64,000 bases of DNA from assembly GCA_002104945.1 (NCBI GenBank), contig MCFH01000007.1, positions 372,001 through 436,000 on the forward strand, written 5' to 3'. The position numbers were made by a program, and so were the translations under genes. Source of the stretch: Piromyces finnis finn (Eukaryota; Fungi; Neocallimastigomycota). Below are positions 21,801 through 33,289 of this stretch, in pieces. The notes under the pieces were generated by a model. The model did not search any database, had not been told where the DNA came from, and saw only the letters and a list, made by a program, of their open reading frames with translations. How positions within the stretch are numbered: position 1 is the stretch's first letter; every line of letters starts with the position of its first letter.

Positions 21801-23565
21801 TAATAAAAATTCTTGTGTTAATGAAAGTGTAAATTCAATTAAATATTCTAAACTTAATAATGTTGATTTAAATAATTATATCTCTACTAATAATAATTCA
21901 CATGGGAGTAAAAATATAAATATAAATTTTAAAAATGATATTGATAAAAGCAAGAATAATAATTATTTTAAAAATAATGAAATAAATGAATTATCTGAAT
22001 ATAATAATGATATTGTTTATAATGAAGTAATGAATAGTGATATCAATGACTTAAATAACACTTGCTACTTAAATAATAAAATAGATATAAATAAAAATGA
22101 TTTTCCTAAATTAAATGAAAATACTACAACTAACTATTATAATTCTAACATCCACAATAATAATAATCTTAATAAAATTCATTCATTTGAACCATCTAAT
22201 ATTTTTAATATTGATAAAAATAATTATTTTAATATAGAAAATAAAATAAAAATATCCTCCGTTTCATTTGAAAATGAAAAAGAAGAAGTATTAGATAATG
22301 ATACTGACTTAGAAGCTGTACTTGTAACTGAAGTAACTGATACATCTATTGGTACCACCAGTGAAAATAATTCTAATGAATATCCAGGAAGTAATAAAAT
22401 TAAAGACTTTCTTAAAAAGAAAATTATCTTAATAAATGGAATAAAGTACTATAAAGATGGTGACAATATCAGAAAAGTTGTCGAAGATAAAGAAGAGAAA
22501 ATAGAATTACTATTAGCTGCACATTCAATAGGTCATGAAGGATTTTATAAAACTTATAACCGATTAAAGAAAAATTATTATTGGAAAAATATGTCTAAAG
22601 ATGTAGAACTACTTGTAAAAACTTGCCATGATTGTCAATTAAAGAGACCTCAACCTATTAATAGTGGTACTGAATCATTTGCTACAAAACCAGGTCTACC
22701 ATTCACTAGAGTTGGTTTAGATATTATTGGACCACTACCAATAACTAAAAATAATAATAAATATATAATAGTACTTGTAGACTATTTTACCAAATGGGTT
22801 GAAGCTGAACCACTAAAGTCAATTGAATCTACGGATGTTATAAAATTTCTTACAAATGTATTTTCTAGACATGGTACTCCGGAAATATTAATTACTGATA
22901 ATGGTCCACAATTTACTTCTGATGCTACTAAAGGCTTCCTTGATTTATATGGTATATATGTTCAATATTCTAGCACTTATCATCCAGAAACAAATGGGCA
23001 AGTAGAAAATCGTAATAGAGAAATTGTTAAAAATATTCGACTACTAGGAAACTCAAATAAAGAATGGGACGAAGTTCTACCATCTGCTCTATGGGCTCTA
23101 CGTACTTGTAAAAATGAAGTAACAAAATTTTCTAGTTTTGAATTATTATATGGTCGTACTGACCTTCAACCATTTGAACTTATGATAGAATATAATAATA
23201 AAAATGAATACGAAACTCCAGAAGAATATTTAATAAATAAATTTACTACACATTGGGAATGGATTATTGAAGTTACCAAAAATATTCAGAATGCTAATAA
23301 ATTATGGGAAAATAGAAGAAAACAAAAAGCTTCAATGAATACTGCATTCTCAGCTGGTGATTTAGTACTTGTTAGAAATTTTTCAAGAAGAAAGTTAGAT
23401 CCATTTTTCATGGGACCTTTCCGTATTATTAAAATGGAATTTAATACTGCTACATTATGTGACCCTATTAGTGGTGCAATAGCTGAAAGAAATGTTCATC
23501 AAAAGAATTTAGTTCATTATCATACTTGGCACAATGAGACTTCCAGGGACGAAGTCCAAACTTAA
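18856..23565 (+). CDS. pol: Intact Pol of Gypsy copy 2 (PR-RT-RNase H-Asn-rich spacer-integrase), 1569 codons from the overlapping ATG
   Basis: PR YLDSCSS; RT LDLFSGFHQI, MPFGL, YMDD; RNase H TDAS, DHKPL, ADALSR; IN HSIGH..CHDC, LDIIGPL, TDNGPQF, GQVENRN, GPF motif. No chromodomain visible. Confidence 0.96.
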   Translation: MSGRRNTPINQTNTTFATISVPVNEEITIPVIRKAKKNTDIKPYKRTTKEKLSDNPQPIRVPSNETREPLNNTYEDIIEVPNNEVEMETVIENENNNNNNLNNNYNNNINNNMSMNNDTNINNNESNKIDNNINDNNINNNTNSTEALKQLDPSFINQPTIDKAKRNNKKEREKEIIELAKEIELPSQKEKDVPNEKGTKRLVISADQEKYNITKDIGEKFANITIGQLLEISPKLKTELSKALKFTKIIEDESTILSTIRKDKVVKSKCKIEGIETTVYLDSCSSINMITRKFLLENNIPLKPVSKIRETLYQAYSNTTIESHLYEIEITIGNITSKEIFRLIEKEDIFQVLIGVETLANMKLIMDFSDHTLYQKTDDIHKIGSFESINEMNQTNLIEEFDEEINQDALIYYLTSQNDKYQDLEIKTTSDSKLQLINKIVDETQKEAKDQLKNLLITNIDVLANDTDDLGKSKLLAHEIKLNQDDPIKQKMYRISNKEHMEILKEEIGKLLKNDLIEPSQSSWSSPVLLVPKKNGKWRMCVDYRKLNSITIKDSYPLPYIEEILFSIGNNVKYLSTLDLFSGFHQIPMKKEDIDKTCFTTIFGNYNYKVMPFGLCNAPATFQREMNRIFLPLIGKCLFVYMDDLLVFSPSLEQHILDLQKVFNIIKENGIKANLSKCHFLKQEVEVLGHILSVEGVKPVEKKIETIKNWKSPTNLTQLRSFLGAIGYYRKFIKDFAQIAHPLFKLLKKGMKFEWTSETEQSFQILKERLIKSPILKYPDYDKYFIIRTDASLNGIGGVLLQKDENNVEHPIHYVSRSLNDSEINYSITDLEGTAAFYCCKKFKSYISGNKEETILYTDHKPLVGLFNNKEPNNARQTRWVTTLSMLKVKVKYEQGKKNVVADALSRLIPDNKNDIKISLATFNNNDGETTKNNILNSNKDFYSKNNENIVYSCNFNNSCINDNEINKNNNINPYIDKNIDFNKNSCVNESVNSIKYSKLNNVDLNNYISTNNNSHGSKNININFKNDIDKSKNNNYFKNNEINELSEYNNDIVYNEVMNSDINDLNNTCYLNNKIDINKNDFPKLNENTTTNYYNSNIHNNNNLNKIHSFEPSNIFNIDKNNYFNIENKIKISSVSFENEKEEVLDNDTDLEAVLVTEVTDTSIGTTSENNSNEYPGSNKIKDFLKKKIILINGIKYYKDGDNIRKVVEDKEEKIELLLAAHSIGHEGFYKTYNRLKKNYYWKNMSKDVELLVKTCHDCQLKRPQPINSGTESFATKPGLPFTRVGLDIIGPLPITKNNNKYIIVLVDYFTKWVEAEPLKSIESTDVIKFLTNVFSRHGTPEILITDNGPQFTSDATKGFLDLYGIYVQYSSTYHPETNGQVENRNREIVKNIRLLGNSNKEWDEVLPSALWALRTCKNEVTKFSSFELLYGRTDLQPFELMIEYNNKNEYETPEEYLINKFTTHWEWIIEVTKNIQNANKLWENRRKQKASMNTAFSAGDLVLVRNFSRRKLDPFFMGPFRIIKMEFNTATLCDPISGAIAERNVHQKNLVHYHTWHNETSRDEVQT

Positions 23566-23577
23566 GTGGGGGGATCT

Positions 23578-24671
23578 TGATACGCTACTCACATAAAAAC
23601 GTAATAAAAACTAGCCGAATAAACACGACTTAACCCATAGCGACTTATAATAAAAATAAAAGATAATAACCCTTAAAAATGAATAAATAATAATTTTATG
23701 GAAATATAACCCTTTCTTTAAATAAATAATATTCTCTTTATTAAATAATAAATTATGAATAAAAACGACTTAATAGAGATAATAATAAAATAAATTATTA
23801 AATAAAATAAAACGACTCAATCCAAAAATGTATTAAAATAATAAAATAATAATAAGTAAATAAAAATGAATAAATAAACTAAAAAAATAAAATGATATAC
23901 ATTAAATTATTAATTCTAGTGTTTTATCCAAGTGTTCTTTAGAAATTCTTTCAAACTTATATATATAAATTAACAAATAAATAACTGAGTAATTATTACT
24001 AAAAGTGATTAATTTAAAGCCTGGAAATAGAACAATAATAACAATTTCAAAGATAAAATACAGAACTCTTTTATGTTTCTGTATAAAATGAGTGTTTATA
24101 ATAATTGATACTTTTAATATTTTAATTTCATTTTAATTTTATTTTAATATTATTTTAATTTTAAATTTTAATTATTTTATTCAAGGTATTATACATTTAA
24201 TGATAGTCAATGATAATTTATAATAATTTTTCTAAATTTAAACATTTTGAAGTAATAAGAAAATCAAATAAGTAATATTCTATAATATTTTATAATACTA
24301 AGACATAATTTTAATTTATTCTTTTAATTTTAATAAATAATAACAATAGTAATAATAACATTTAATAGTTAAAAATAATAATACATGTAATAAATGAAAA
24401 TGTATAAAAGGAAGATAAAATTCTTCTTTATAAAGGGGCGGACAATAAATAGAGAATAAAAGACATAAACAGATAATAAATAAATTATAAATATAATAAA
24501 GATTTAATTTAAAACATAATAAGAGTTTATTTTCGAGTTTTGAGTGATTTATTTGTTAATTATAAAACATATTTTATTTTATTTTAAATTTATTGTTTCA
24601 TCATTATAATATAGAATTTATTATTTATTAAAAACATTATATTATTCACAAATATATCGGTCAACGCATCA
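23578..24671 (+). repeat. LTR3 (1094 bp)
   Basis: Same termini; carries extra sequence and substitutions just after the TATAAAGGGG motif relative to LTR1/2. Confidence 0.95.
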
Positions 24672-25150
24672 TTTGAGGAAGCATAAAATTTATAATAATT
24701 TGTCAGTAATATAATGCCAAAATTTCATGTCACGAATACTAGTGAAATTACAATTTCAAGATCACTTGGAATTGTGAAATCACTTATGAAAATTCAAAAT
24801 CAACAAATATTTTATTTTCAAATAAATTATAAAATTTTATTAAGAAATATTTAAAAATTTAGGAAAGGTTAAAATATGACCTTAACCCTTAATAATTTTT
24901 ATAATAAATAACTTTAACCCTTATCGTTAAAATGGAATAAGAAAAAACACGCGTATCTCCTCAACGAATGACGATTTTTGAATAAAAATGTTTTGGTTAT
25001 AATTACGTTCGTTAGAAAGCCACGCTCGAGACAAACAACATATCTTAAAATCAGGTCAATATCTCTGCTGGTTCACGAGATATTCCAATTTAAAGATATT
25101 TTGTTAGCAATGATTAATTGTTTATTCAGAGAATGATCACCCCTGATATA
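24672..25150. mobile_element. Possible DNA-transposon remnant abutting LTR3
   Basis: GC- and CpG-richer than its flanks, two TTAACCCTT motifs (~24882, ~24914) and an inverted repeat AATATCTC-N11-GAGATATT. No matching second terminus or ORF found. Confidence 0.3.
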
Positions 25151-25520
25151 TCAAACATAAATCATTCACTCAAAGTATAAAAATTATTGTTTAATTAAAT
25201 CAAAATTATTTTCCGGAACTAATTAACTTTATTTTATAATAATTATTTCAATAACATAATTTATAATCTTTGAACTAGAGGATTATAATTATTAATATTA
25301 TATTCAATGAATTATATTATAATTAAGAAATAATTAATATTATAAATATATAAACAATAGTTATTTTTAATAATTAGGAATAAGTCTTAAGTTTAGTTTA
25401 AGTATTATAAAATATATTATGAATATAATCATGTATTGAAAAGTTATTTTATTATTAAATGTAAAATTACAAATAGTATAAATAGTTTAGAATAGTTATG
25501 AAATTAAAATCTTTGTAAAG

Positions 25521-25644
25521 ATTATTAACTATAAATTGTTAACTATAAATTATTAACTATAAATTATTAACTATAAATTATTAACTATAAATTATTAACT
25601 ATGAATTATTAGCTATAGATTATTAACTATAAATTATTAACTAT
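25521..25644. repeat. 14-bp minisatellite (ATTATTAACTATAA), ~9 copies
   Basis: Directly visible tandem array with a few substitutions. Confidence 0.9.
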
Positions 25645-26612
25645 TAATAATAATTAATACTTAATGAGTATTACTACTAAATAATCTTATTATTATATAT
25701 TTTAGCAATATATTATTAAATAAAATAAAAGAAATTATTTTAACCATAATATATAATTTAATTATTCATTTATAAATCAATTAAGATTATTTTAATAAAA
25801 CATTTTTTTTTCTAACCTAGTTATCTTTTAACCTTTTATTTAATTTGATATTTTAATATTAAATTATAAGTTTAGTAAAACTTTTACATTTCAACCGGGC
25901 TTTAAATCCAGAATAAAAAGGCAAAAAAAAAAAAAGAAAAAAGAAAAAAACTTTATAAATGGAAATTTTAATGAATAATTTTACTATTAAAATCATTCAT
26001 TAAAATTTCAAAATTACAAAAAAAAAAAAAAGATATTAGTCAAATTACTGAAAAAAAAAAAAAAAAAATAATCCTTTATTTTGAATAATAAAAAAAAAAA
26101 GGTTAATTTATTAAAATGTAAATAAATCATTTTCTACTTTATAATTTTTGATTAATAACCTCTACCAAAAAAATCAAACCAAAAAAACCTTTCGATTAAA
26201 AATCCTTAGTAATAATTATTAATTAATTAATCATGAGAATATATCATTAGTATCAGTAATTGTTCTCATTTTGAAAAAAATAATAATAAAAAAAAAAATT
26301 TAAACAGTTATTGGAATTTTCTAATATTTATTTGCTTTGTGGGGATGGGGAATCTTTAACCTTTTTTCGTTTAATTAAATTTTAGTAGTTAATGGCTGTT
26401 TTTAAATATATATATATAATATAATGAATAATTCATTATATATACAAATTAATCACTCTATGTTTCATCATTTTACCGTAACCATTCTTTTTTCTATTGT
26501 TATATTCCTATATCTATTCTTATTACCATTTCATTTAAATGGAACCAAAAAAAAGGGTAACAAAGCAGTTTTAAAAATTCAAACCTCTTCAATAGTCAAA
26601 AATATAATCAAT

Positions 26613-26645
<33 letters not shown>

Positions 26646-27377
26646 ACAACTTAACTTTCAAGGTAATTTAATAAATATAAAAACTTTTTTTTAAATTGTT
26701 TTAAAACAGCGTACTAAAATTTTTAAATGTATCAACTAAATAAGTAAAAACCTTAATTTTCTAGAAAATATTTTATTATTATTATTTTTTTAATTTTTTT
26801 TATTATTATTGATTTTTATTTTTTTTTTTTTATTTTTTTATTTTTTTGTTTGCTTATTATTTGAAAAATTTGAAAATATAATAAAAAAACAATCATTTAA
26901 AGAAAAATCGTTTATTATTAACATAAATGATTCATTTTTTTTTTTTTTTTTAAATATTATATATATCATTGCATTTTAAATTCATATAAAGAAAATTATC
27001 TATAGATTGTTTTTCTATTATTTAAAGTATATATTTAATGATTATTATTATTATTATTATTATTTATGTTTTTCGTTGTTTGTTATTAAAAGTATTTTAA
27101 TTAATTTATGAATAAATAAAATCTAATTTGTATGAGTATATCTTTTTTTTTTTTTCTTGCATTAAAATTATTGCTTAAATTTTGGTATTCTATTGAATAG
27201 ATATAAAAATTACTTAAAATTCTAGAATGTAACGTTATGATGGTGTGTATTATATTTGATCATTTATGTTCTAGATAAAACAATTATTTCTTTTTTTTTT
27301 ATTTTTCTTTAAATAAATCTATTTCTTTTACGAAAATTCTTTCTCTTTAAGTTAAAAAGGAGGATTGAATTTTAAAT

Positions 27378-29734
27378 TTATTGGTATCTTTCGTAAGTTC
27401 TACGGAACTTTTCATCAATGTGCTTAAGATAGTAAGTACCTGGGAACATTTCAGTGGTACTAACTGGAGTGTAATCCTTGAGTTGATAAGTCTTTTCTCT
27501 TAAAGACATAATCTTTTCAAATTCTTCTGGTTTGACTTCGGTTCTACTTTCTAATCTTTCATTAATATTTAAGGTCTTGGCAATATCAGCAGTAGATTTC
27601 ATGATTTTGAATGAATACATAGAAGCAGCTAAACCTGAACCGTAAGAGAAGAGAACAACTCTTTTATTTAACTATTTATATTAATTAAATTTTAAGATAA
27701 AAAAAAAAAGTTTTTCTTTAGTATTTATATTACTCTTATAATATCTTTTGATCTTTTTTTTTTGTTTAAAAAACTTACTAATTCTTCAGATGAAACTTGA
27801 GAGATTAAAGAAATTAAAGCACAGTAGACAGAACCACAGTACATGTTACCACAGTTCTTTGGAATGAATAAGGATGGAATAACTTGCTTTTGGAACTTTT
27901 CTTTAGTGTAAGCCATGAAAGCTTTTTCAAGTGGTTTATCATAGTAAGTTTCACTTAAAGTCTTACCCTTGTGTTCTTCTAAACCAGCGTATTTTGGATT
28001 TTCTTGGTCCTTGATAAAGTCATTGAAAGCCTAGTATACATTTTAATCACATTATAATAAAAATAATAAAAATTTTGATTTCAATTAATTTCTTTCACAC
28101 AATTTTTTTATAGCATAAATTATATTTTTTTTATTACGTCATTATTAATGACTGATACTTACTAATCTAGCAAAAGATTTTTGAACTAACTTTGAGTATG
28201 GAGTGTGGAAAACAAAGTATGGAACGGTTTCAATGTCAATCTTTTCACCGGTACGCTTTTGAACCTTTTCGATGTATCTGTTGTAACAGATATCGACAGA
28301 TCTTAAGTAACAAACGTTAGATAAATGGCCATCAACTTCTGGGAATTCAGAAGCGAGGTTTGGCTTGTAGAAATCATAAACATCTTCCATGTGAGAGGCT
28401 CTAACACCTTTATTTTAATAAAGTATAAAAAAGTAATGCTTTAATATCTATATTTTTTGGATTGAAATTTTTATAAATCAATAATTATTTTTTTGATGTA
28501 TATATTTCTAAAAGTTTTTTTTAGCAAACAAAATTTTTTCTTAAAAAGGAATTGTTAATTGGTATAGTTTTAGTCTGTTGCCAAAATGCATATTTTAATA
28601 TTTAAGTATCCTTTTACTTTTTAGATTTTTTTCTTTTAGTTTTGCATTTCCCAATTTAATTCCTTTTTATTTGTTTCCTATCTTATTTTTCATTGTTGAA
28701 TACGTTATGTTTTTAACAATTTTCTTTTTTTTTTTTCGAGTATTTACCTTGTTCCATAACTATTGGAGCGTTTGGACCAATTAACATAGCACAAACACCA
28801 CAACCACCAGTTGGTCTAGCATTACCAGAAGCATAAACAGCAATATCACCAGCAACAACTAAACCGAAACGACCATCCCATGAAGATGATTCCATCCAGT
28901 TAATAGTGTTGAATAAAGCATTGGTACCACCATAACAAGCGTTGGTAGTATCAATACCTTCAATATCAGTGTTACCAGATTCAGCGAAAAGTTGCATTAA
29001 AGTAGATTTAACAGATTTTGATTTATCAATAATAGTTTCAGTACCAACTTCTAATCTACCAATTTGATTGTAATCAATGTTGTATTTTTCCATTAAACTC
29101 TTGACAACTTTTATAACCAAATAATAAGATTTAATTTATAATATATAAAATAATAGTGTAAGCAATTGATGAAAAAAAAGAAATAATAATATTAAAAACA
29201 AATGAAAAATAAATATATTTTAATTAAAATGTCTACTAATATTATAATTTTTCTAAAAAAGGAAATATACCAGTTAAACAAACAGAGTTAATATCTTCTC
29301 TGTCATCACAGAAGGCCATTCTAGTTTGACCTAAACCAATAGTATATTTACCGGTAGAAGCACCATCGTGAATTTCTATTAAATAACAAATTAATTTTAT
29401 TAGTATTTATGGAGTAGCTCAGGTTATGAATTATGAAAATAATTATATATAATATATGTATTTTTTAAATATTTTACCTAATTGAGCTTGATCAACATAC
29501 TATAATAATGTTATAACAAAAGTTAATATTAAAATAAAAAATTAATTTTCAAACGACTACGAATAATAATTGAAATAAATTTCTTTTTTTTTTTTTTTGC
29601 ATATAAAACTTATTTGATATAATATTGTATTTTTCAAAATAATAATAAAAATAAAAAGTTCCAATATATACTTGTTTTGGGAAGTAAATATCTAAAGCAA
29701 CAATACCAACGTTTTCAGCTTTCATTCCACTCAT
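27378..29734 (-). CDS. ERG13: Hydroxymethylglutaryl-CoA synthase, 446 aa; exons 29734-29672, 29499-29478, 29375-29271, 29107-28748, 28407-28163, 28030-27779, 27671-27378
   Basis: All six introns are GT-AG and keep the frame (1341 nt total). Motifs [16 protein letters not shown], catalytic [36 protein letters not shown]. Confidence 0.96.
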
Positions 29735-32700
29735 GCTATTTTATTAATGAATAAAATAAATAAATAAAAATATTAATTATTTATATCTATTTATCTATAT
29801 ATATTTTCTTAAAAAAAGAAATACATGAAATTCAAGAATAAGTTTTATTTTTATTTTTCAAATACTATTAAAAAAGTAAATAAGCTATACTACTTTTTTT
29901 TTTTTTTACTGTATTTAGTTTTTTCTTATAAGGATATTATAAGAAATAATTATAACAAAACTTTTTTTTTCAAATTCTTTTAACATTATCATTAATATAT
30001 TTTTAATTTCTTTTCCTACCTGTTATTATAATACTTTATATAAATAAAGGAAAAAAGGTATAGATTGTTAAATTAAATTAATTGATTTCTTTCGGATGAA
30101 GTGATTATAATTTTTCCAATTAAATACACTTTATTAAAAATAGGTAAAGAGAAAAGAAAAGAAAAAAAAAAAGTTACTATTATTATTATTATTACTATTA
30201 TTATTACTATTATTATTATAATTATTATTATTATTATTATTATTATTTACTTTAATTATTATTAATTTTTTATTAATATTTCATAAATCCTGTTTTATAT
30301 TGATATATTAATTTTTTATTCCTATTCAATTGTATATATATTATAATATTTTGTTATATATTATTTATAATTAATTATATAAATATTTTAATATTTTTTT
30401 TATATTACGAGGTTTATGAATAATTCATCATTAAATATTTTAATATATTATTAATGTCCATTTACAATATATAAACATATATATTAAAGTATATTTATTA
30501 TATTGTCAATAGAGTAGATCAATATTTTTAAACTTTATAAAACAGAAAAAAAACATTCGAAATCAGTATATTGAATAATAAATGGACAATATATATTAGA
30601 ATATAATTAATTTATAAATTTAATTTAATTTTATAAATTTATTAATTTTTTAATATTTTTTTTTAGATCATTTCATTTTTTTTATGACATTTTCTTTAAA
30701 AAAAAATGATGATACAATTAATTTCATTGAAATTTTAATTAATTAAAAATTTTTAATATCTGATAAACTATAAAGAAAAAATTTCGGAAAAGTTGAAAAG
30801 AGCAAAAAAGAGGGAAAAAAAAGCATCAAAGTGGACTTTTTTTTTTTAATCGTTAAATCAAGATTAAGATTTTAAAAAGGTAAATAAGCAAAATTTGTAA
30901 GTAATAATAAAATAATAAATTTAAAAGGGAAACAGGATAATAAAAGTAAATGGAAATATAAAAAAAATAATAATAATACAAAAGAAATAGGTTTAAAAAA
31001 AAAAAGGAAGGCAAGAACAAAAGGAAAGTTTAGTAAATATTTATCATTTAAGTTAATAATAGTATGTAAAAAGGTGTTTTTTTTAAATAAAACAATAAAT
31101 AAATATAAAAGTATTATAAAGAGTAATATTAATAAAAAGAAAATTGACTATTTATTAGTTAGAAAGGGGAAAAAAAGATTAGATTTAAATCAATTTGTTT
31201 TTGTAAATTTAATAGAGTAAATATGAAAAAAGGGGATAGAGGTGGATATTGTTGGTGTAATGACTTTTTTTTTATATATAATTGATAATTTAACTTTATC
31301 TAGTTTAGTTACATGGTTTATTCTTTAGTCCTAAATACTAAAATGAAAATATAATACATAATACCATTTCTACAAATAAAATCTAGAGCTTGGTAAAAAA
31401 GGAAAAAAAAAAGTAGACCACTTTTATTTTAATAACAATTTTTTTTTAGCAAAAGTAAAATATTACCTAATTTTATTTAATAATAATTCCACAATACCTA
31501 TAGTAGTGCTTAAAAAAGAAGAAAATAATACAATTGTGGTTATATTCTTGTATTCCTATTGTATTAAAAGTTTTTTTTTTTAATTTCTCTCTTTTATTTA
31601 ATTTTTAAAAGTGAAAAACCTTTTTCATCTCATCGTTTTATTGAAGGCAATGATCAAACCAACTTTTTTTTTTTTTGTTACACTTTTGACAATTTTAAAA
31701 AAAAAACTTTTCGAAGTAAATAGCAGTTATCACATGATCAGTATAAATAAATGTGCTTTAAATAAATGAATGAAATATTAAATAAATAAATAAATGCTAT
31801 TATCAATTAATAATTTAAAGGGTTAAATATGATAAGCAACTATTGTGGCTTGGTAAAAATAAGCATGATAAAAAGATATCATTAGCCATAATCTGAAAAA
31901 TGATAAAAAAAATGCTTAAATGTATAGCGTTCCCCAGTAAAACAGCCTTACGGATAATAAAGAAGTAAATAATATTTTATATACAAGGTTTGTAATATTA
32001 TCCTATTTGACACATTGATGTTAATGTTGATGAACAAAAAGTATTTTTGATAACTATTTTTTTTTGGTTCGCCCTTTTTTCTTACATTGAAATACATTAT
32101 GTATACATTATGTATCAAAATAATTTTAACAAGCATTTGTTATAAAATTACATTACAATTGTTTTAATATACACAATGAAATAGAAAGAGTAGTAAAAGG
32201 AATTATCCTTTGGTATTGATTTCAATTGCTATTAATGCTTAATATTTTAAATTATAATTACTCTAATACTTTCTATATTTTAATTCTTGTAATATAAAAT
32301 CTTTTTTTCTCTATTACTTTATACTTTTCATAAAATTAATTCTTTTACCTTCAATTAACCTTTATTTTTTAAATGAATGATATAAAAGGATTGGGCCAAT
32401 TTTAAAAAATTTAAAAAACTTTAAAAAAACAACACTTTTAAAAATTAATTTTTTCTTATTGGTTAACTTTTTTAAATTCATTTGTATTTTTAATTTTTGA
32501 AAAGACTTTTTATTACTCTAATTATTATTATTATTATAACTCGTTCTATTTCATTAGAATTCTTCTTCTTAATTATCCTTTTTTTTTTTTTTTTAGATGG
32601 TAAAGAAGCAATCGTTGATTAAAATTCAAATTATAAAATAATAATAATAAAAAAAAGAATTAATGAATTAATGATTTATACAAATGAAAAATTGAAATAA

Positions 32701-33289
32701 TGAAATGAAAGGTAATTCTAATTATCTTTTATTAATAATTTTAAAATACTCATTTTTAATGAATTTATTTATTTTTAACCTTTCTACCTCGTAAAAAAAA
32801 AAAATTCATTATAATTATAAATGTCTTTAAACCTTTTTTTTATTTATTATCACCAATAAAATATTTCATTTTAAATAATTCTATTGATAATTTATTTAAA
32901 AAATCATTATAATTTATTAATTAAAAAAGTTATAAATAGTAACATTAGGGAAAAAAAAAAAAAAAAGAGTTAATGAAATTAAAATATTATTCTTTTTAAT
33001 TTTTTATTTTTCAAATAAATACCATAAACTTTTTCCTCATTTTTTTTTTCTTCATTGTTAATCTAATAAAAAAAAGATTATCATTCTTTAAAAAATTACA
33101 AATAAATATTTAAAAATATTTATTTTATACCATTTTGTTTTATTATTAAAACAAAAAACAAAAAAAAAAGCATTTAAAAAAAAAAAAGAAAAAGCAACTA
33201 AGCAAACCTATTAAATATAATAAAATTAATATTTTTTTATTATACTTTTTTAATTAAAAAAGAAAAAAAAAAAAAGTAATAAAGAAAAA

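Larger units (their letters stand above)
6197..24671 (+). mobile_element. Ty3/Gypsy LTR retrotransposon tandem array (LTR1-internal-LTR2-internal-LTR3; ~8.69-kb period)
   Basis: Three ~1.08-kb direct repeats with TGATACG...CGCATCA termini. A PBS follows LTR1 and LTR2, a PPT precedes LTR2 and LTR3. Gag plus Pol in PR-RT-RH-IN order. Confidence 0.97.

Noticed and set aside
26424-26654. 76-aa ORF ending in poly-Lys
   Set aside because: Driven by a poly(A) tract, with no recognisable motif.
27230-27280. ATGATG-containing segment resembling a C/D snoRNA
   Set aside because: Box C is imperfect and there is no box D (CTGA) or convincing terminal stem.
31728-31738. E-box-like ATCACATGAT about 2 kb upstream of HMG-CoA synthase (SREBP-type site)
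   Set aside because: Single imperfect short motif at a long distance; no supporting evidence.
32180-32625. Possible micro-exon gene (AG|ATGGTAAAGAAGC... and an upstream GT donor)
   Set aside because: Could not assemble a coherent multi-exon ORF with a recognisable product.
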